Positions 48,226 through 61,057 of a DNA stretch of 64,000 bases are shown here, piece after piece. This stretch comes from Octopus vulgaris (lineage: Eukaryota), in NCBI GenBank assembly GCA_951406725.2, contig OX597827.1:71176001-71240000 (forward strand), in the 5' to 3' direction. The translations under genes and the position numbers were made by a program. Positions within the stretch are counted from its first letter, which is position 1; the number at the start of each line of letters is the position of its first letter. Under the pieces are notes generated by a model. The model had not been told where the DNA came from. It searched no databases and saw nothing but the letters and a program-made list of their open reading frames with translations.

Positions 48226-51200
48226 AACGATGATGATAGTTAAGCATCTGTGAAGAGATTCCTCTTTCGATTGACTCGTTCAATAGGCAACTTACAGATG
48301 CAGCTGAGGGCCTTTATTAGCTCCTCGCCGTATCATGTTCAAATCCTCCAGTGTTCCTCTAGCAAAGTCATAAATGCTAGAAATCACCCTGTTGCAATCC
48401 ATGTTCTTCCCTCTCTACCATTCCAGCAGTATTCCTCATTGAACGTCTTGTGTTTGTGGTGGTCGTGGTGGGGACTTTTCAAGATTACTACCATTGTTCT
48501 CTATGGGTTTAATTCTTAGTAAAAGATACATAACAGTAATACACTGGGGGCAAATTAATTAACCATGCAGCTTCTCCTTTATTTCGAGAAGAATTAAATT
48601 AACCATGCAGCCTCTTCATTTCAAGATTTAATTAACCATACACACAACCTCTTCTTTATCTTAGGAAGAATTAATTAAACGCTCAGCCATTTTTCTTTTC
48701 TTTTCTATAAAGAATTAAGAAACCATTACAGCCTTTTTCTTTATTTCAACAAACCAAACAAAAAAGTGTTAAAAATATCCAAAAAAAATAAAATACCCTC
48801 GTCATTAGGCACAGGCATGGCTGTGTTAATAAGAAGCTTGCTTTGCAACCATGGGGTTTTGGGTTCAGTCCCACAGCAGAGCACCATGGACAAGTGTATT
48901 TTACTATAGCTCCAGGCTGATCGATGCCTTGTGAGTAAATATGATCAATGGAAACTGTGTGGAAGCCTATCATATATGTATGCATCTATATGTGTCTTTT
49001 TGTCTGCGTTTGTCCCATCCCTACCCCTGCCACTTGACAACCAGAGCTGGTTTGTTTATGTCCCTGTAGCCTGATACTTTGACAAGTATCAAGTACCAAG
49101 CTTTAAAAAAAGAGAACTTAAGTATTGGGCTGAGGTCGATTTGTTCAACTTAAATCCTTCGAGGCAGTACTCCAGATGGTTCAATAGTTAGAGCAACAGG
49201 ATCACCAATCATGAGATAGTGAGTTCGATTCCCAGACCGGGCTGTGTGTTGTGTTCTTGAGCAAGATACTTTATTTCACGTTGCTCCAGTTCGCTCAGCT
49301 GTAGAAATGGGCTAAGACATCACAAGTGCCAAGCTGTATCGGATCCTTTGCCTTTCCCTTGGATTACATCGGTGCTGCAGAGAGGGAGGCTGGTATGCAT
49401 GGGCGACTGCTAGTCTTCCATAAACAACCTTGCCTGGACTTGTGCCTGGGATTGTAACTTTCTAGGTGCAATCCCATGGTCATTCATGGCCAAAGAGGGG
49501 TCTTTACCTTTTTGGGGCATGGCTGTGTGGTTAGAGAGCACAAGGACAGACACGGTTGCTTCCTAGCTACATGGTTTCGGGTTCAGTCCCACTGTGCGGC
49601 ACGTTGGGTAGGTGTCTTCCACTATAGCCCTGAGCCGGACCGGAGCTTTGTGATTGAATTCGGTAGGTGGAAGTTACTGCCGTGTGTGTATGTGTGCGTA
49701 TAGCTGCTCAGTGCCTCTCCGAAAGAGAGTTGACGTTTGTGCCAGCTCGCCGCCTTGCAAAACAAAATACCAGCAGTGTACCTACCATCAGTGAAGGCGC
49801 TGGACTCAGTGGTTAGAGCATTGGGCTCACAATCATGAGATAGTGAGTTCAAATCCTAGACCGGGCTGTGTGTTGCGTTCCTGAGCAAAACACTTCTTTC
49901 ACATTGCTCCAGTTCACTCAGCTGTAAAAATGGGCTGTGACATAACAGGTGCCAAGCTGTATCGGCTCCTTTGCCCTTCCTTTGGGTAACATCAGTGGTA
50001 TGGAGAAGGGAGGCTGGTATGCATGGACATCTGCTGGTCTTCAGTAAACAACCTTGCCTGGACTTGTACCTTGGAGGGGAACTTTCTAGGTGCATGACCA
50101 AAGATCTTTACCCATAACTTTTTTATAGGTTATCTTCATATACCATCATCATTATCATCAGGATTGATAAAGTTGTGTACCAGGGTCAATGTAATCCCTA
50201 AAGTTACTGGCCTTGTGCCAAAGTGTGAAACCAATATTTCTCCATGGCCTGATGTGTTTTTCAAGGGAGTCTGGAAACAAACAACATTACTTGTATGATG
50301 GTGATGCTCATTTATAATAATCACATGATGAGATGAGGTAGTCAAGCATGACCTCAAGCGTTGAGCCTCACAGAGGCAATGGCGAAGGACCGAGATCTCT
50401 GGAGATATGCTGTGACTGTAAAGACCTGGGCTGCTTCCTGCACCAGTTCCGCATAGCCCCAGCCCATTCAAAGTACCTTGGATTTCAGAACAACCTGCTG
50501 TGCTTGAGGAGACCTATTGAGTCAAGTACATGAACATGAACATCGAAATAAATATCAATGGAAATAGTGGTTGTGATACCTGTGCTGGTGGCACGTAAAA
50601 AGCACCATCCAAACGTGGCCGATGCCAGCGCCGCCTTACCTGGCTTCTGTGCCGGTGTCACGTAAAAAGCATCCACTACACTCATGGAGTGGTTGGCGTT
50701 AGGAAGGGCATCCAGCTGTAGAAACTCTGCCAGATCAGACTGGAGCCTGGTGCTGCCTCCTGGCTTCCCAGACCCCGGTCGAACTGTCCAACCCATGCTG
50801 GCACAGAAAACGGACGTTAAACGATGATGATGATGATGATGATGATGCCAAGGCAAAAGTACACACACACACACTTAATGGGCTCCTTTCAGTTTCCATC
50901 TACCAAATCTGCTCATACGACTTTGTTCAGCCCAAGGTTAGATTAGAAAACACTTGCTCAAGGTGCCCTGCCACAAGATTGAGCCCCAAACCATATGGTT
51001 AGGAAGCAAGCTTCTTAACTACACAGCTACACTTGTGCCTTGGTATATTCTTTTCTACTCTTGACACAAGCCTCGAAATTTTTGGGGAGGGTGCCAGTTG
51101 ATTAAGTTGACCCCAGTGTTTCACTGGTACTTAATTTATAGACTCCGAAAGGATGAAAGGCAAAGTCGACCTTGGCATAGTTTGAACTCATAAATAAAGA

Positions 51201-54200
51201 CAGACAAAATACTGCTAAGCATTTTGCCCAGCATGCTAACGTTTCTTTATTGTCCACGAGGGGGCTAAAATAGAGGGGACAAACAAGGACAGAGAATGGG
51301 ATTAAGTCAATTACATTGACTCCAGTGCGTAACTGGTACTTAATTTATCAACCTCGAAAGGATGAAAGGCAAAGTCGACCTCAGCGGAATTTGAACTCAG
51401 AATGTAAAGACAGACGAAATACTGCTGAGCATTTTGTCTGGCGTGCTAACATTTCTACCAACTCGCCACCTTTCATCCTTTTGGGGTCGATAAATAAAGT
51501 ACCGAGAGTACCAGTTATGCACTGGGGTCGATATAATCAACTTAATCCGTTTGCCTGTCCTTGTTTGTCCCCTCTATGTTTATCCCCTTGTGGGCAATAA
51601 AGAAATATATATTGCAATATTATAGTGATTGGCAGAATAGGTAAGGCTGTGAACCTATTAGTATGCAGTAGGTAGTTACAATACTTTACATTCTGAGTTC
51701 AAATCCTATAGGATTTAATTTTGTTTTTCAACCTTCCGGGGGTTGATAAAAGTAGGATAGAAGTACCAGTGAAGTACTGTAGTCAATATCAGTTGTGAGA
51801 CTTTGAGGTGGCAAGATGGCAGAATTGTTAGCATGCCAGGCAAAATGCTTAGTGATATTTTGTCCATCTATGTTCTGAGTTCAAACACCACCAAGGTCAG
51901 CTTTGCTTTTCATCCCTTCAGGGTCGATAAAATAAGTACCAGTTGAGTACTGGGGTTGATGTAATTGACTTACCCACATCCCTGAAATTGCTGGCCTTGT
52001 GCCAAAATTTGAAACCGATATCAGTTTTTGTGAGACTAGAATTAGTAGAGTGGCGGGGAAAATGCCATGTGGTATTTAGTTATGATTTCTTTACATTCTG
52101 GGTTCAATATCCACTGGAGTTGACTTTATTTTACAACCTTCCAGAGATTAATAAAATAAGCCACGGTGAGTTACTATTCCTTTGTCCTTGTAGTGTGATG
52201 GAGGAAAAAGGACGACAGAAAAAGAAGCAACGGCGAAAGAAATACAAAAGGCCTTACCTCGGTGAAATCAGCAGTCACTCTCACGAATTCAACACATCTT
52301 GTCACTCTGCCGTCTTTGCTGGAACTGACCACATGTGCTTCCTGCCCACGCATGCCCCTGTCACTCTTCCGCCGGCCCCTGCAAACCTTACTTCCGTCCA
52401 CCTCATCTGCAATCCCCTCCACCAACACCACGTAGCTCATCACAGCCCATAACACTACTAACACCACAGTCCTCTTGTAAGAAATCGATATTTTCTTGAT
52501 TCAGTCAATTATGCCCCAACACTTATAAAATAAGGATGGTGTAGCCACCCTTATTTCTGCCTAAGTTAGAAACCAAAAATATCTGCATCATCATTATCAT
52601 TCAATGCCTGTTTTCCATGCTGGCATGAATTGGAAGGTTTTACAGTAGCTAGTAGGCCAGGAATGACACCAGGCTCCAGTGTCTGTTCTGGCATGAGCTG
52701 GATAGTCTTTCTAATGCCAACCACTTTACAGAGTGGACTGGGTGCTTTTTATGTGACATCTGTTCCATTGCTTTTTACATGGCACCAGCACCAATGCTTT
52801 TTTTTTACATGGCTCCATCACCACCACTTTCTATGTGGAGCCACCACCAGCGCTTTTTATGTGGCACTAGCACCAAAGTTTGTTTCCATGGCTCCAGCAT
52901 CACCACTTTCTATGTGGAGCCATCACCAATCCTTTTTACATGGCACCAGCACCAATGCCTTTTATTACATGACTCCAGCATCTCAAGAAAATAACAAAAA
53001 ACAAAACAACTACCTTTTACCTTATACTTGTTCTGGTCAATGGGCTGTGGCCATACTTAGGCAGGCATACATATGTACATACATGCCCTTCCTGTTGCCA
53101 ATTCTCAACTGTTTCCAAGCGATGTAATATTTTCCCAAAGCTGGACACGTTTTTCATGTAAGGCTGGATACAAACAACCCCACTGGTATGACAATGATGC
53201 TCATTTACAACCATCACAATTTCTAGATAAGGAACACACACACGATGGGCTTCTTTTCAGTTTCTGTTTACCAAATCCACCCACAAGGCTATGGTTGGCC
53301 TAGGGCTATAGAAGACACTTACCCAAGGTGACACGCAGTGGGATTGAACCCAAGCATACGTGGTTGGGAAGCAAGCTTCTTGAACACACAGAGAGAAAAG
53401 AATAAAAGAAAGGGAATGGAGAGGGTGGGGGTAAATCAGTGATAAAAACTGACCACTGGTTTGGTGGTCCACAATACCATGACTGGATTATTTTACACAG
53501 GGATCAGCAACTCTTTTCTGTATAATGGTCAACTTTTTTTACATTTACTAATGAACCCCATGTATATTATATCTTATCCAAGGTGGCAAGTAAAAAAACA
53601 CCCTTTCAAGCGTGGCCGTTGCCAGTACTGCCAGACTGGCCCTTGTGCAGGTGGCACGTAAAAGCACCCACTACACTCTCAGAGTGGTTGGCATTAGGAA
53701 GAGAATCCAGCTGTAGAAACTCTGCCAGATCAAGACTGAAGCCTGGTGCAGCCATCAGGTTCACCAGTCCTCAGTCAAATCGTCCAACCTATGCTAGCAT
53801 GCAAAGCGGATGTTAAAGGATGATGATGATGATGATATATATATATCCCTACATTTCCCCATCACTACTCAATTTTCTTCACCTGGTAATGCTTATGTCA
53901 GCTAAAATTAAATCATTATACTAAAAGCTATCTAAGATTATCATGGATTTAATAATCCCACAAGGACATTAAATTAGAAAAAAAAATCTTTTCCAAAGGT
54001 ACAAAACCTACAGAGAACATTTAAGTAACCTACCTGTTGCTTATGCCTGATTTAACACAAGAAATGAAAAAACTTCTGTAAGCTTTCATTGGGACATAAG
54101 TGAAGATTGGATTTTTCCAGCGGTGTGTTAAGGACAAATCAAAATGTTAGAGTTCACTTCTTGCTGGGTTATTGTTGTGGAAGAATCCTGTACACCCCCA

Positions 54201-54372
54201 TGACTGAAAGTGGACTAGCGTTTTTCAATAAATAAGAACTGTGTGAACTGTCAGGGACAGTTGATAGTGTTGGTCAACCAAATTGGTTACTGAGTTAGTG
54301 TGATGTGTGTTAGCTTCATATTGAACCTACATACGAGTAGTACAGAGTGCTTGCTATGTGAACATATATTCT

Positions 54373-54897
54373 TATTTCTTTACTACCCACAAGGGGCTAA
54401 TCGCAGAGGGGTCAAACAAGGACAGACAAACAGATTAAGTTGATTATATCGACCCCAGTGTGTAACTGGTACTTATTTATATTTCTTTATTGCCCACAAG
54501 GGGCTAAACATAGAAGGGACAAACAAGGACAGACAAACGGATCAAGTCGATTACATCGACCCCAGTGCATAACTGGTACTTATTTAATTGACCCTGAAAG
54601 GATGAAAAGCAAACTCGACCATGGCAGAATTTGAACACAGAATGTAACGGCAGACGAAATACCTATTTCTTTACTACCCACAAGGGGCTAAACATAGAGA
54701 GGACAAACAAGGACAAACAGATTAAGTCGATAACATTGACCCAGTGCATAACTGGTACTTATTTATCGACCTCGAAAGGATGAAAGGCAAAGTCGACCTT
54801 GGCGGAATCTGAACTCAGAATGTAATGGCAGACAAAATACTGCTAAGCATTTCACCTGGCGTGCTAACGATTCTGCCAGCTTGCCACCTTCTATATG
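54373..54897 (-). mobile_element. Composite trimer of family A SINE
   Basis: Three successive 3' ends under one 16-bp TSD tgtgaacatatattct (54357-54372, 54898-54913). Confidence 0.75.
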
Positions 54898-55502
54898 TGT
54901 GAACATATATTCTGTGATGGGTTATCTTAGATAACCACCATCCAAATATTTATTTGGGTAATACTGTTTTACACCTGACAGGTACATACAAATTATAACA
55001 GTTATTGACTACACTTAGAAACCATGTGTAAAACAAGTGATGTGACATAGACCTAAGTCTATCGTGACTATATTTCAATGATTTTTGTGCGTCTTTCCTT
55101 ACTAATGATCAACCATTTTATATTCTCATTGTATTTGTCTTCATTTGTGCCTCACAGAAGCAGTGACAGGTGACCAAGACCTTTGGTAATATACCGTGCT
55201 TCTTTGATGAAATTATAAAGGAAAGCATTGATTTAGATGGGAACACTTTAAAATAAGAATTTTTGTATTATGGAACTACAGGGTGGTTGCTAGAAAAGCA
55301 GAAAATCTGCGATGAACTTCTTTCAGTTTCCGTCTATCAAATCCACTCACAAAGCTTCGGTCGGCCCAAGGCTATAGTAGAAGACACTTGCCCAAAGAGC
55401 CACACAGAGGGACTGAACCCTATAACATTGTTCATGGGCTTCAATTAATTTTGAAAATAGGCAAAATTTTGACGGATTTATAGTAAACCAACTATTTCAT
55501 TC

Positions 55503-56845
55503 TTGTTGTATTTGGGGATGGTCATGTTGCCAGTTTAGCCAATAAAAACACATGTACTATATATTTGGTGTTTACTTACTTCAGCTTTGTTTCATATTAA
55601 TTGTATTTCAGCCAGAGTTCTTTCGTCACACTTCTGTGACCTCATCAGTGGTCCTTTGCTTTCCTCTTTCTATTTTTGTGTGTCTTTCCTTACTAATGAT
55701 CAACCATTTTATATTCTCATTGTATGTGTCTTCATTTGTGCATGCGTATATCCCTGTGTGTGTCTATGTTTAGTAAGTGTGTGTGGTGGGGCTGCATTAT
55801 CAGTATCCCCCCATTTATACACGTTCGTTTAATTTACTTTTATTTATTTTATTCGTCTGTTTTTATCTACTTTTTTCTTTTCTTTCCTTTTTTTGTATTA
55901 ATTTAATTTATTTTGTTTATGCATATATATAATTATTTAATTCCATTTATTCATCTGTGCATTGTATCAGTTTCAAATTGTTATCAGTTTATGGGGATCT
56001 TATTCTGTCATAGATTGTGGTGTGTGGTGTGTGTGTGCTAGTGTTCCATTCTAGCTTTCTATTTAGGCTAGGTTTATCTTCTATTATGTGTGTAGCTTCT
56101 GTAATTTGTCTAAGCATTGCGTCTGTTCTATGTGTGGACTAGATTTTAACTTCTATGTTGTTGAGTGAGCCCCCGTGTTCCTGCTTGGTGTGCTGGTACA
56201 GAACCAATGAGCTCTTCTCTTCCTTAAGTTCCCTCCAAAGCTCATTTACCCATTCTCCTATGCTCCGTGCTGTCTCCCCCGACACACCACAATCTATGAC
56301 AGAATAAGATCCCCATAAACTGATAATAATATGAAACTGATACAATACACAGATAAATAAATGGAATGAAATAATTATATACATAAAGAAAATAAATTAA
56401 ATTAATACAAAAAAGAAAGAAAAGGAAAAGTAGATATAAACAAATGAATAAAATAAATAAAAGTAAATTAAACGAATGTGTATAAACAGGGGATACTGAT
56501 AATGCAAGCACATTCCCCCCCAATACACTTACTAAACATAGACACACAAGGGATATACGCATGCACAAATGAAGACACATACAATAAGAATACAAAATGG
56601 TTGATCATTAGTAAGGAAAGACACACAAAAAAAGAAAGAAGAAAGTAAAGGACCACTGATGAGGTCACAGAAGTGTGACGAAAGAACTCTGGCCGAAATA
56701 CAATCAATATAAAATAAAGCTGAAGCAAGAGAACATGAAATATATAGTGTGTGTGTGTTTTTATTGGCTAAACTGGCAACATGACCATCCCCAAATACAA
56801 CAATATCTGTTTCAACACACGGATTCACATCAAGAATCTTGCAAA
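55503..56845. mobile_element. Penelope-like element insertion: GIY-YIG C-terminal remnant plus inverted pseudo-LTRs
   Basis: The - strand from 56280 to about 55990 encodes GETARSIGE..SSLVLYQHTKQEH..VKI*STHRTDAMLRQITEATHIIEDKPSLNRKLEW, the PLE GIY-YIG C-terminal pattern with one stop. 55503-56024 and 56282-56803 are inverted copies. Confidence 0.85.
56651..56694 (+). ncRNA. Minimal hammerhead ribozyme motif in PLE pseudo-LTR (mirror copy on - strand about 55611-55654)
   Basis: GACCA-CUGAUGA-G-GUCACA(gaag)UGUGAC-GAAA-GAAC-UC-UGGC: intact core, 6-bp stem II, 2-bp helix III, CUC triplet. Confidence 0.7.
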
Positions 56846-56857
56846 ATGAATATATAA

Positions 56858-57919
56858 ATGTACGAACAGCCATGCTACATGGCAGTGAAACATGGGCTAT
56901 GACTGCTGAGGACAGCAAACTGTATGACGCATGTGTAGAAAGAGCCATGCTACATAGCAGTGAAACATTGGCTGTGACTGCTGAGGATATGCATAAGCTC
57001 GCAAGGAATGAAGCCAGTATGATCCGATGGATGTGTAATGTCAGTGTGCATACTCGACAGAGTGTAAGTACCTTGAGAGAAAAGTTGGACCTAAGAAGCA
57101 TTAGATGTGGTGTACAAGAGAGACGACTGCATTGGTATGGTTATGTGGCAAGAATGGATGAGGATAGCTGTGTGAAAAAATGCCATACCCTAGCAGTTGA
57201 GGGAACCTGTGGAAGAGGTAGACCCAGGAAGACCTGGGATGAAGTGCTGAAGCATGACCTTCGAACATTAGGCCTCACTGAGGCAATGACTAGTGATCGA
57301 AACTTTTGGAAATATGCTGTGCTTGAGAAGACCCGGCAAGCCAAATGAGACCATAACCCGTGACCTATGCCAGGGGTGTAACCAGCCCACTTATGCGTAC
57401 CTTTCATTCAATGGACACTAAATTCTGCTTGTGAAGACCTATTGAGGCAAGTGAAATCAAAATCAAATTTGATGACTGGCACCTGTGCTAATGGAGTGTT
57501 AAGAGCACCATCCGAACGTGATTTTTGCCAGAGCAGGGCACGTAAAAAGCACCATTCGAGCGTGATTGTTACCAGCGTCGCCTTACTGGCACTAGTGCTT
57601 GTGGCACGGGAAAAAACATTCGAGCGAGGTCGTTGCCAGTCCAGCTGGACTGGCTCCTGTACAGGTGGCACATAAAAAGCACCATTTGAGCGTAGCCATT
57701 GCCAGTACCGCCTGACTGGCCCTCATGCCAGTGACACGTAAAAGCACCCACTACACTCTCGGAGTGGTTGGTGTTAGGAAGGGCATCCAGCTGTAGAAAC
57801 TCTGCCAGATCAAGATTGGAGCCTGGTGCAGCCATCTGGTTCACCAGTCCTCAGTCAAATCGTCCAACCCATGCTAGCATGGAAAGCGGACGTTAAACGA
57901 TGTTGATGATGATGATGAT
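56858..57919 (+). mobile_element. RTE-clade LINE, 5'-truncated (RT C-terminus, 3' UTR with internal minisatellite, (GAT)n tail)
   Basis: AMLHGSETW..RWMCNVS..RRLHWYGYVARM..GRGRPRKTW is the RTE ORF2 C-terminus. It ends gcggacgttaaacgatg(atg)n. Confidence 0.9.
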
Positions 57920-58212
57920 ATCTTGGTGGCCGCAACAGAGCAAGTGAGAGCAAAGAGACTGAACAGATTTGTGATGTTGGTGGAGCATAGGATTAATTTT
58001 AAACTGACGAGTATTTGCTGGCTTATATGGTTGAAATGAAATCTCCTTGTATGAAAATAGGTTGGATAGCATCAGGTGTAATACAGTATCTTGTTTGAAA
58101 AAACTTATCCTCAAGCTTGTGGTGCTACTCAAACTTGGATGCAAGTGTGTGTATGTACGTGTGCAAGAAGAGAGCCACTGAGTTTCTGTGCAACCATTCA
58201 GCTGACGACTAA

Positions 58213-58610
58213 TCTCTCTCTATATATATAAAGCTGAAGTTGTCTGTGTGTGGCAGGTTTGGTAGCCTTCAACTAATACTATCTCCTCTGAGACCCTGCG
58301 ATGGAAGTTGACTAAAATTGAGAGTATGATAGAAGAAGGCTTGCTCTTCCTTCCGTAGAAGAAAAAATTCAAATCGGACCATGTTAACACCAAAAATTAT
58401 TTACATCAAAAAGGTGCTTTTTTTTTCTATGAAAATCCATATTTTTTACGATTTTTTTACTGCTGTGTCGCCATTTTTCAGTGTATTTCAACTAGGAAAA
58501 TGTTCACTTAAAGAGAATAACAAGCTACATAATGCAAAATTTTTACTTTTCAAAAATTCCAATTCTAAAGGGTCAAAACAAAGCCGAGCAACGCCGGGCG
58601 ATACTGCTAG
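58213..58610 (+). mobile_element. Non-autonomous Helitron
   Basis: 5' TC start after A, subterminal hairpin (ccgagcaacgccgg), 3' CTAG followed by T, no TSD. Same family as 1-247. Confidence 0.75.
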
Positions 58611-58756
58611 TAAATTCATATGAAAAAGAAGAAACAAACAAACAAACATAAAATACCATCATTTTTAAGAAAAAACACACTCAAAAGAGGTCACTTATTT
58701 AAAACTTTTATACATGTGTCATCATACAATGGTAACAGTTTTTTTTTTTGTTAACC

Positions 58757-61057
58757 TCAAAAAGTTTTTTTGTTTTCAAGTAGAATAGGATCAACCAAAC
58801 TGTGCATTCCTAAATGAATGTTAAAATCACTGGGATTAACAAAGTTCTCTTGACATTGGGTACCCTGGTAAAAATCACCCTTCATGTGGATTTTGTTGTG
58901 TCTTTTCAAGACATTGCTTGTGGTGAAATGTTTCTGACAGATGCCACAAGAGTAAGGTTTCTCACCCGTGTGGATTCGAATATGTCTTTTCAAATCACAG
59001 TTCATGACAAAATTCTTGCCGCAAATTTCACACGAGAAAAGCTTCTCTCCAGCGTGAAATTTCGTGTGTCTCTTAAGGTTGCAGCTGGTCGTGAAACCTT
59101 TGCCGCAGGTCCTACAATTGTAAGGCTTTTCCCCGGTATGTGTCCTTAGGTGGATCCTCAACCTGTAATACCTGAGGAAAGTTTTATTGCATATCTGGCA
59201 ACGATGCGCTTTGTCTGAGGAGAGCAAACCTTTGTGCATCTTAAAGCTGACAACACTGTCTTTCTTAAGCGGTAGCTCGGTGTCTTGTTTCTTTTCACGA
59301 AGGTGCACTTTCATATGCCTCTTCAAATCAGTATTTTGAACAAACCCCTTCGTACATATTGTACAACAAAAGGGTCTCTCCCCAGTATGTGTTTTATTAT
59401 GTCTTTTCAAATCATTGCTCGTCAGGAAGCTTTTGCTGCAAACTTCACATGAGAACGGTCTCTCACCTGTGTGGGTTCGACTGTGCCTCTTTAAGTTATT
59501 GTTCGTTATAAATCTTTTCCGACACACCTTGCAAGGAAAGGGCCTTTCCCCAGTATGAATCCTCACATGGTTGTTTAGGTTATTCTGAGTTACAAAAGAT
59601 TTCTGACAAATGCCACAGGCATACGATTCTTTATTCGTCAACCGTTTCTCGTGAACGATTAAATTGTTTCCAGCCTTAAGTTCACTTAGAGGTTCACAAG
59701 TGTTGGCCACTCGGTTTACATTGTCAACCACACTGTTGTTCACCGACAGAAAATGATGCGGAGTTAAACCATCTCCAGGTATTTCACAATTCAAATTTCT
59801 ATTTTCACTGTGTGTTCTGACATGACGACCCAATTCGATATGAGTTTGGAAGGTTGATTTACAAATAGAACAAATGTAATTTCTCTGTTCTTCACTGTTC
59901 TTAGTCCTTATCAGTGGAATCGTCTTAGGAGATTCCTTATCACAAACTCCTCTGTTATGTATCAAAAGATGACTCTTCAGGGTCGAACTTTTTAGAAAAA
60001 CTTTTTTACATACTTTACAGGTTAGATTCAGCCCAGAGTGACATCTTAAGTGATACTGCAGCCGAGAATTTGTCAGGAAGCTTTTACCACATTCTTTACA
60101 ATGGAAAGGTTTTTCTCCAGTGTGAATTTTCAAATGTCTTTTCAGATCATTGTTTGTACCGAATCCTCTTCCACAGACATTGCAAATGTAAGGCCTCTCA
60201 CCTGTGTGTGTACGTGCATGTCTTTTCAAGTCGTTATTGGCAGCAAATCGCTTTGCACACACTTCACAGGAGAAAGGACGCTCCCCTGAATGGGCTCTGA
60301 TGTGTCGCTTTAAAGAAGAACCCTGAGCAAATTTCTTTTTGCACAGTTCACAAAAATAAGGTTTTTCACCAGGATGGCTACGAACGTGATTGGCCCATTT
60401 TGAAAATTTCGGAAACACCTTTGTACATATTTGACAACAGTATTGTTTCTCAACGGGATACGTCGTAGGTAATTTTTTCGGGGTTTTAGGTTTGAAACTT
60501 GCTGCGTCTTTTTTTAGCAGCTCACGGGGAAAAGTCTTTTCACGGACATGTACTTTATTGTGCCGTTTCAAATCTGTATTCTGAACAAATCGTTTGCCGC
60601 AGATATCACATGCAAATGGCTTTTCACCAGTATGCGTCCGATTGTGTCTCTTTAAGTCGTTTCCTGCGAGAAACTTCTTCCCACACACTTCACAAGAATA
60701 TGGTTTCTCGCCGCTGTGCGCCTTCATGTGCCGTTTCAATGAGGACGCTTGAGCAAAATGCTTGCCACACAGTTCGCAGTTGTATGGCTTTTCCCCGGTG
60801 TGCGTCCTCAAGTGCCTCTTCAAGTTCTTATTTGTGACAAATTCTTTCGAGCACACATCGCAGTGAAAGAGTCTGGGATTAGCGATGGGTTTGAGATGGA
60901 CGCAAGCATCGGAATACTTGCAGAAATCTTTCTGGCAGATGTCACAGCGGTAAGAGACATTATCTTGATGGATGATAACATGGTCTTGTAACAGAGAATC
61001 TTCTGGAAAGACCTCTTCGCATATATGGCAAGTAAAAACTTCTTCTTTCACACTCAT
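58757..61057 (-). CDS. C2H2 zinc-finger protein, 766 aa, 20 canonical plus 2 degenerate fingers; single coding exon
   Basis: Long ORF with tandem C2H2 motifs and TGEKP/TGERP linkers. First ATG is 61057 (MSVKEEVF). A splice acceptor (ttttcag|) puts the exon start at 61240. Confidence 0.93.
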   Translation of the reverse strand: MSVKEEVFTCHICEEVFPEDSLLQDHVIIHQDNVSYRCDICQKDFCKYSDACVHLKPIANPRLFHCDVCSKEFVTNKNLKRHLRTHTGEKPYNCELCGKHFAQASSLKRHMKAHSGEKPYSCEVCGKKFLAGNDLKRHNRTHTGEKPFACDICGKRFVQNTDLKRHNKVHVREKTFPRELLKKDAASFKPKTPKKLPTTYPVEKQYCCQICTKVFPKFSKWANHVRSHPGEKPYFCELCKKKFAQGSSLKRHIRAHSGERPFSCEVCAKRFAANNDLKRHARTHTGERPYICNVCGRGFGTNNDLKRHLKIHTGEKPFHCKECGKSFLTNSRLQYHLRCHSGLNLTCKVCKKVFLKSSTLKSHLLIHNRGVCDKESPKTIPLIRTKNSEEQRNYICSICKSTFQTHIELGRHVRTHSENRNLNCEIPGDGLTPHHFLSVNNSVVDNVNRVANTCEPLSELKAGNNLIVHEKRLTNKESYACGICQKSFVTQNNLNNHVRIHTGERPFPCKVCRKRFITNNNLKRHSRTHTGERPFSCEVCSKSFLTSNDLKRHNKTHTGERPFCCTICTKGFVQNTDLKRHMKVHLREKKQDTELPLKKDSVVSFKMHKGLLSSDKAHRCQICNKTFLRYYRLRIHLRTHTGEKPYNCRTCGKGFTTSCNLKRHTKFHAGEKLFSCEICGKNFVMNCDLKRHIRIHTGEKPYSCGICQKHFTTSNVLKRHNKIHMKGDFYQGTQCQENFVNPSDFNIHLGMHSLVDPILLENKKTF

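Noticed and set aside
45653-48283. Long poly-E/K/R/S/P/L ORFs (up to 616 aa)
   Set aside because: These are translations of GAA/GAG satellites, open in several frames, and the Glu frame is repeatedly frameshifted.
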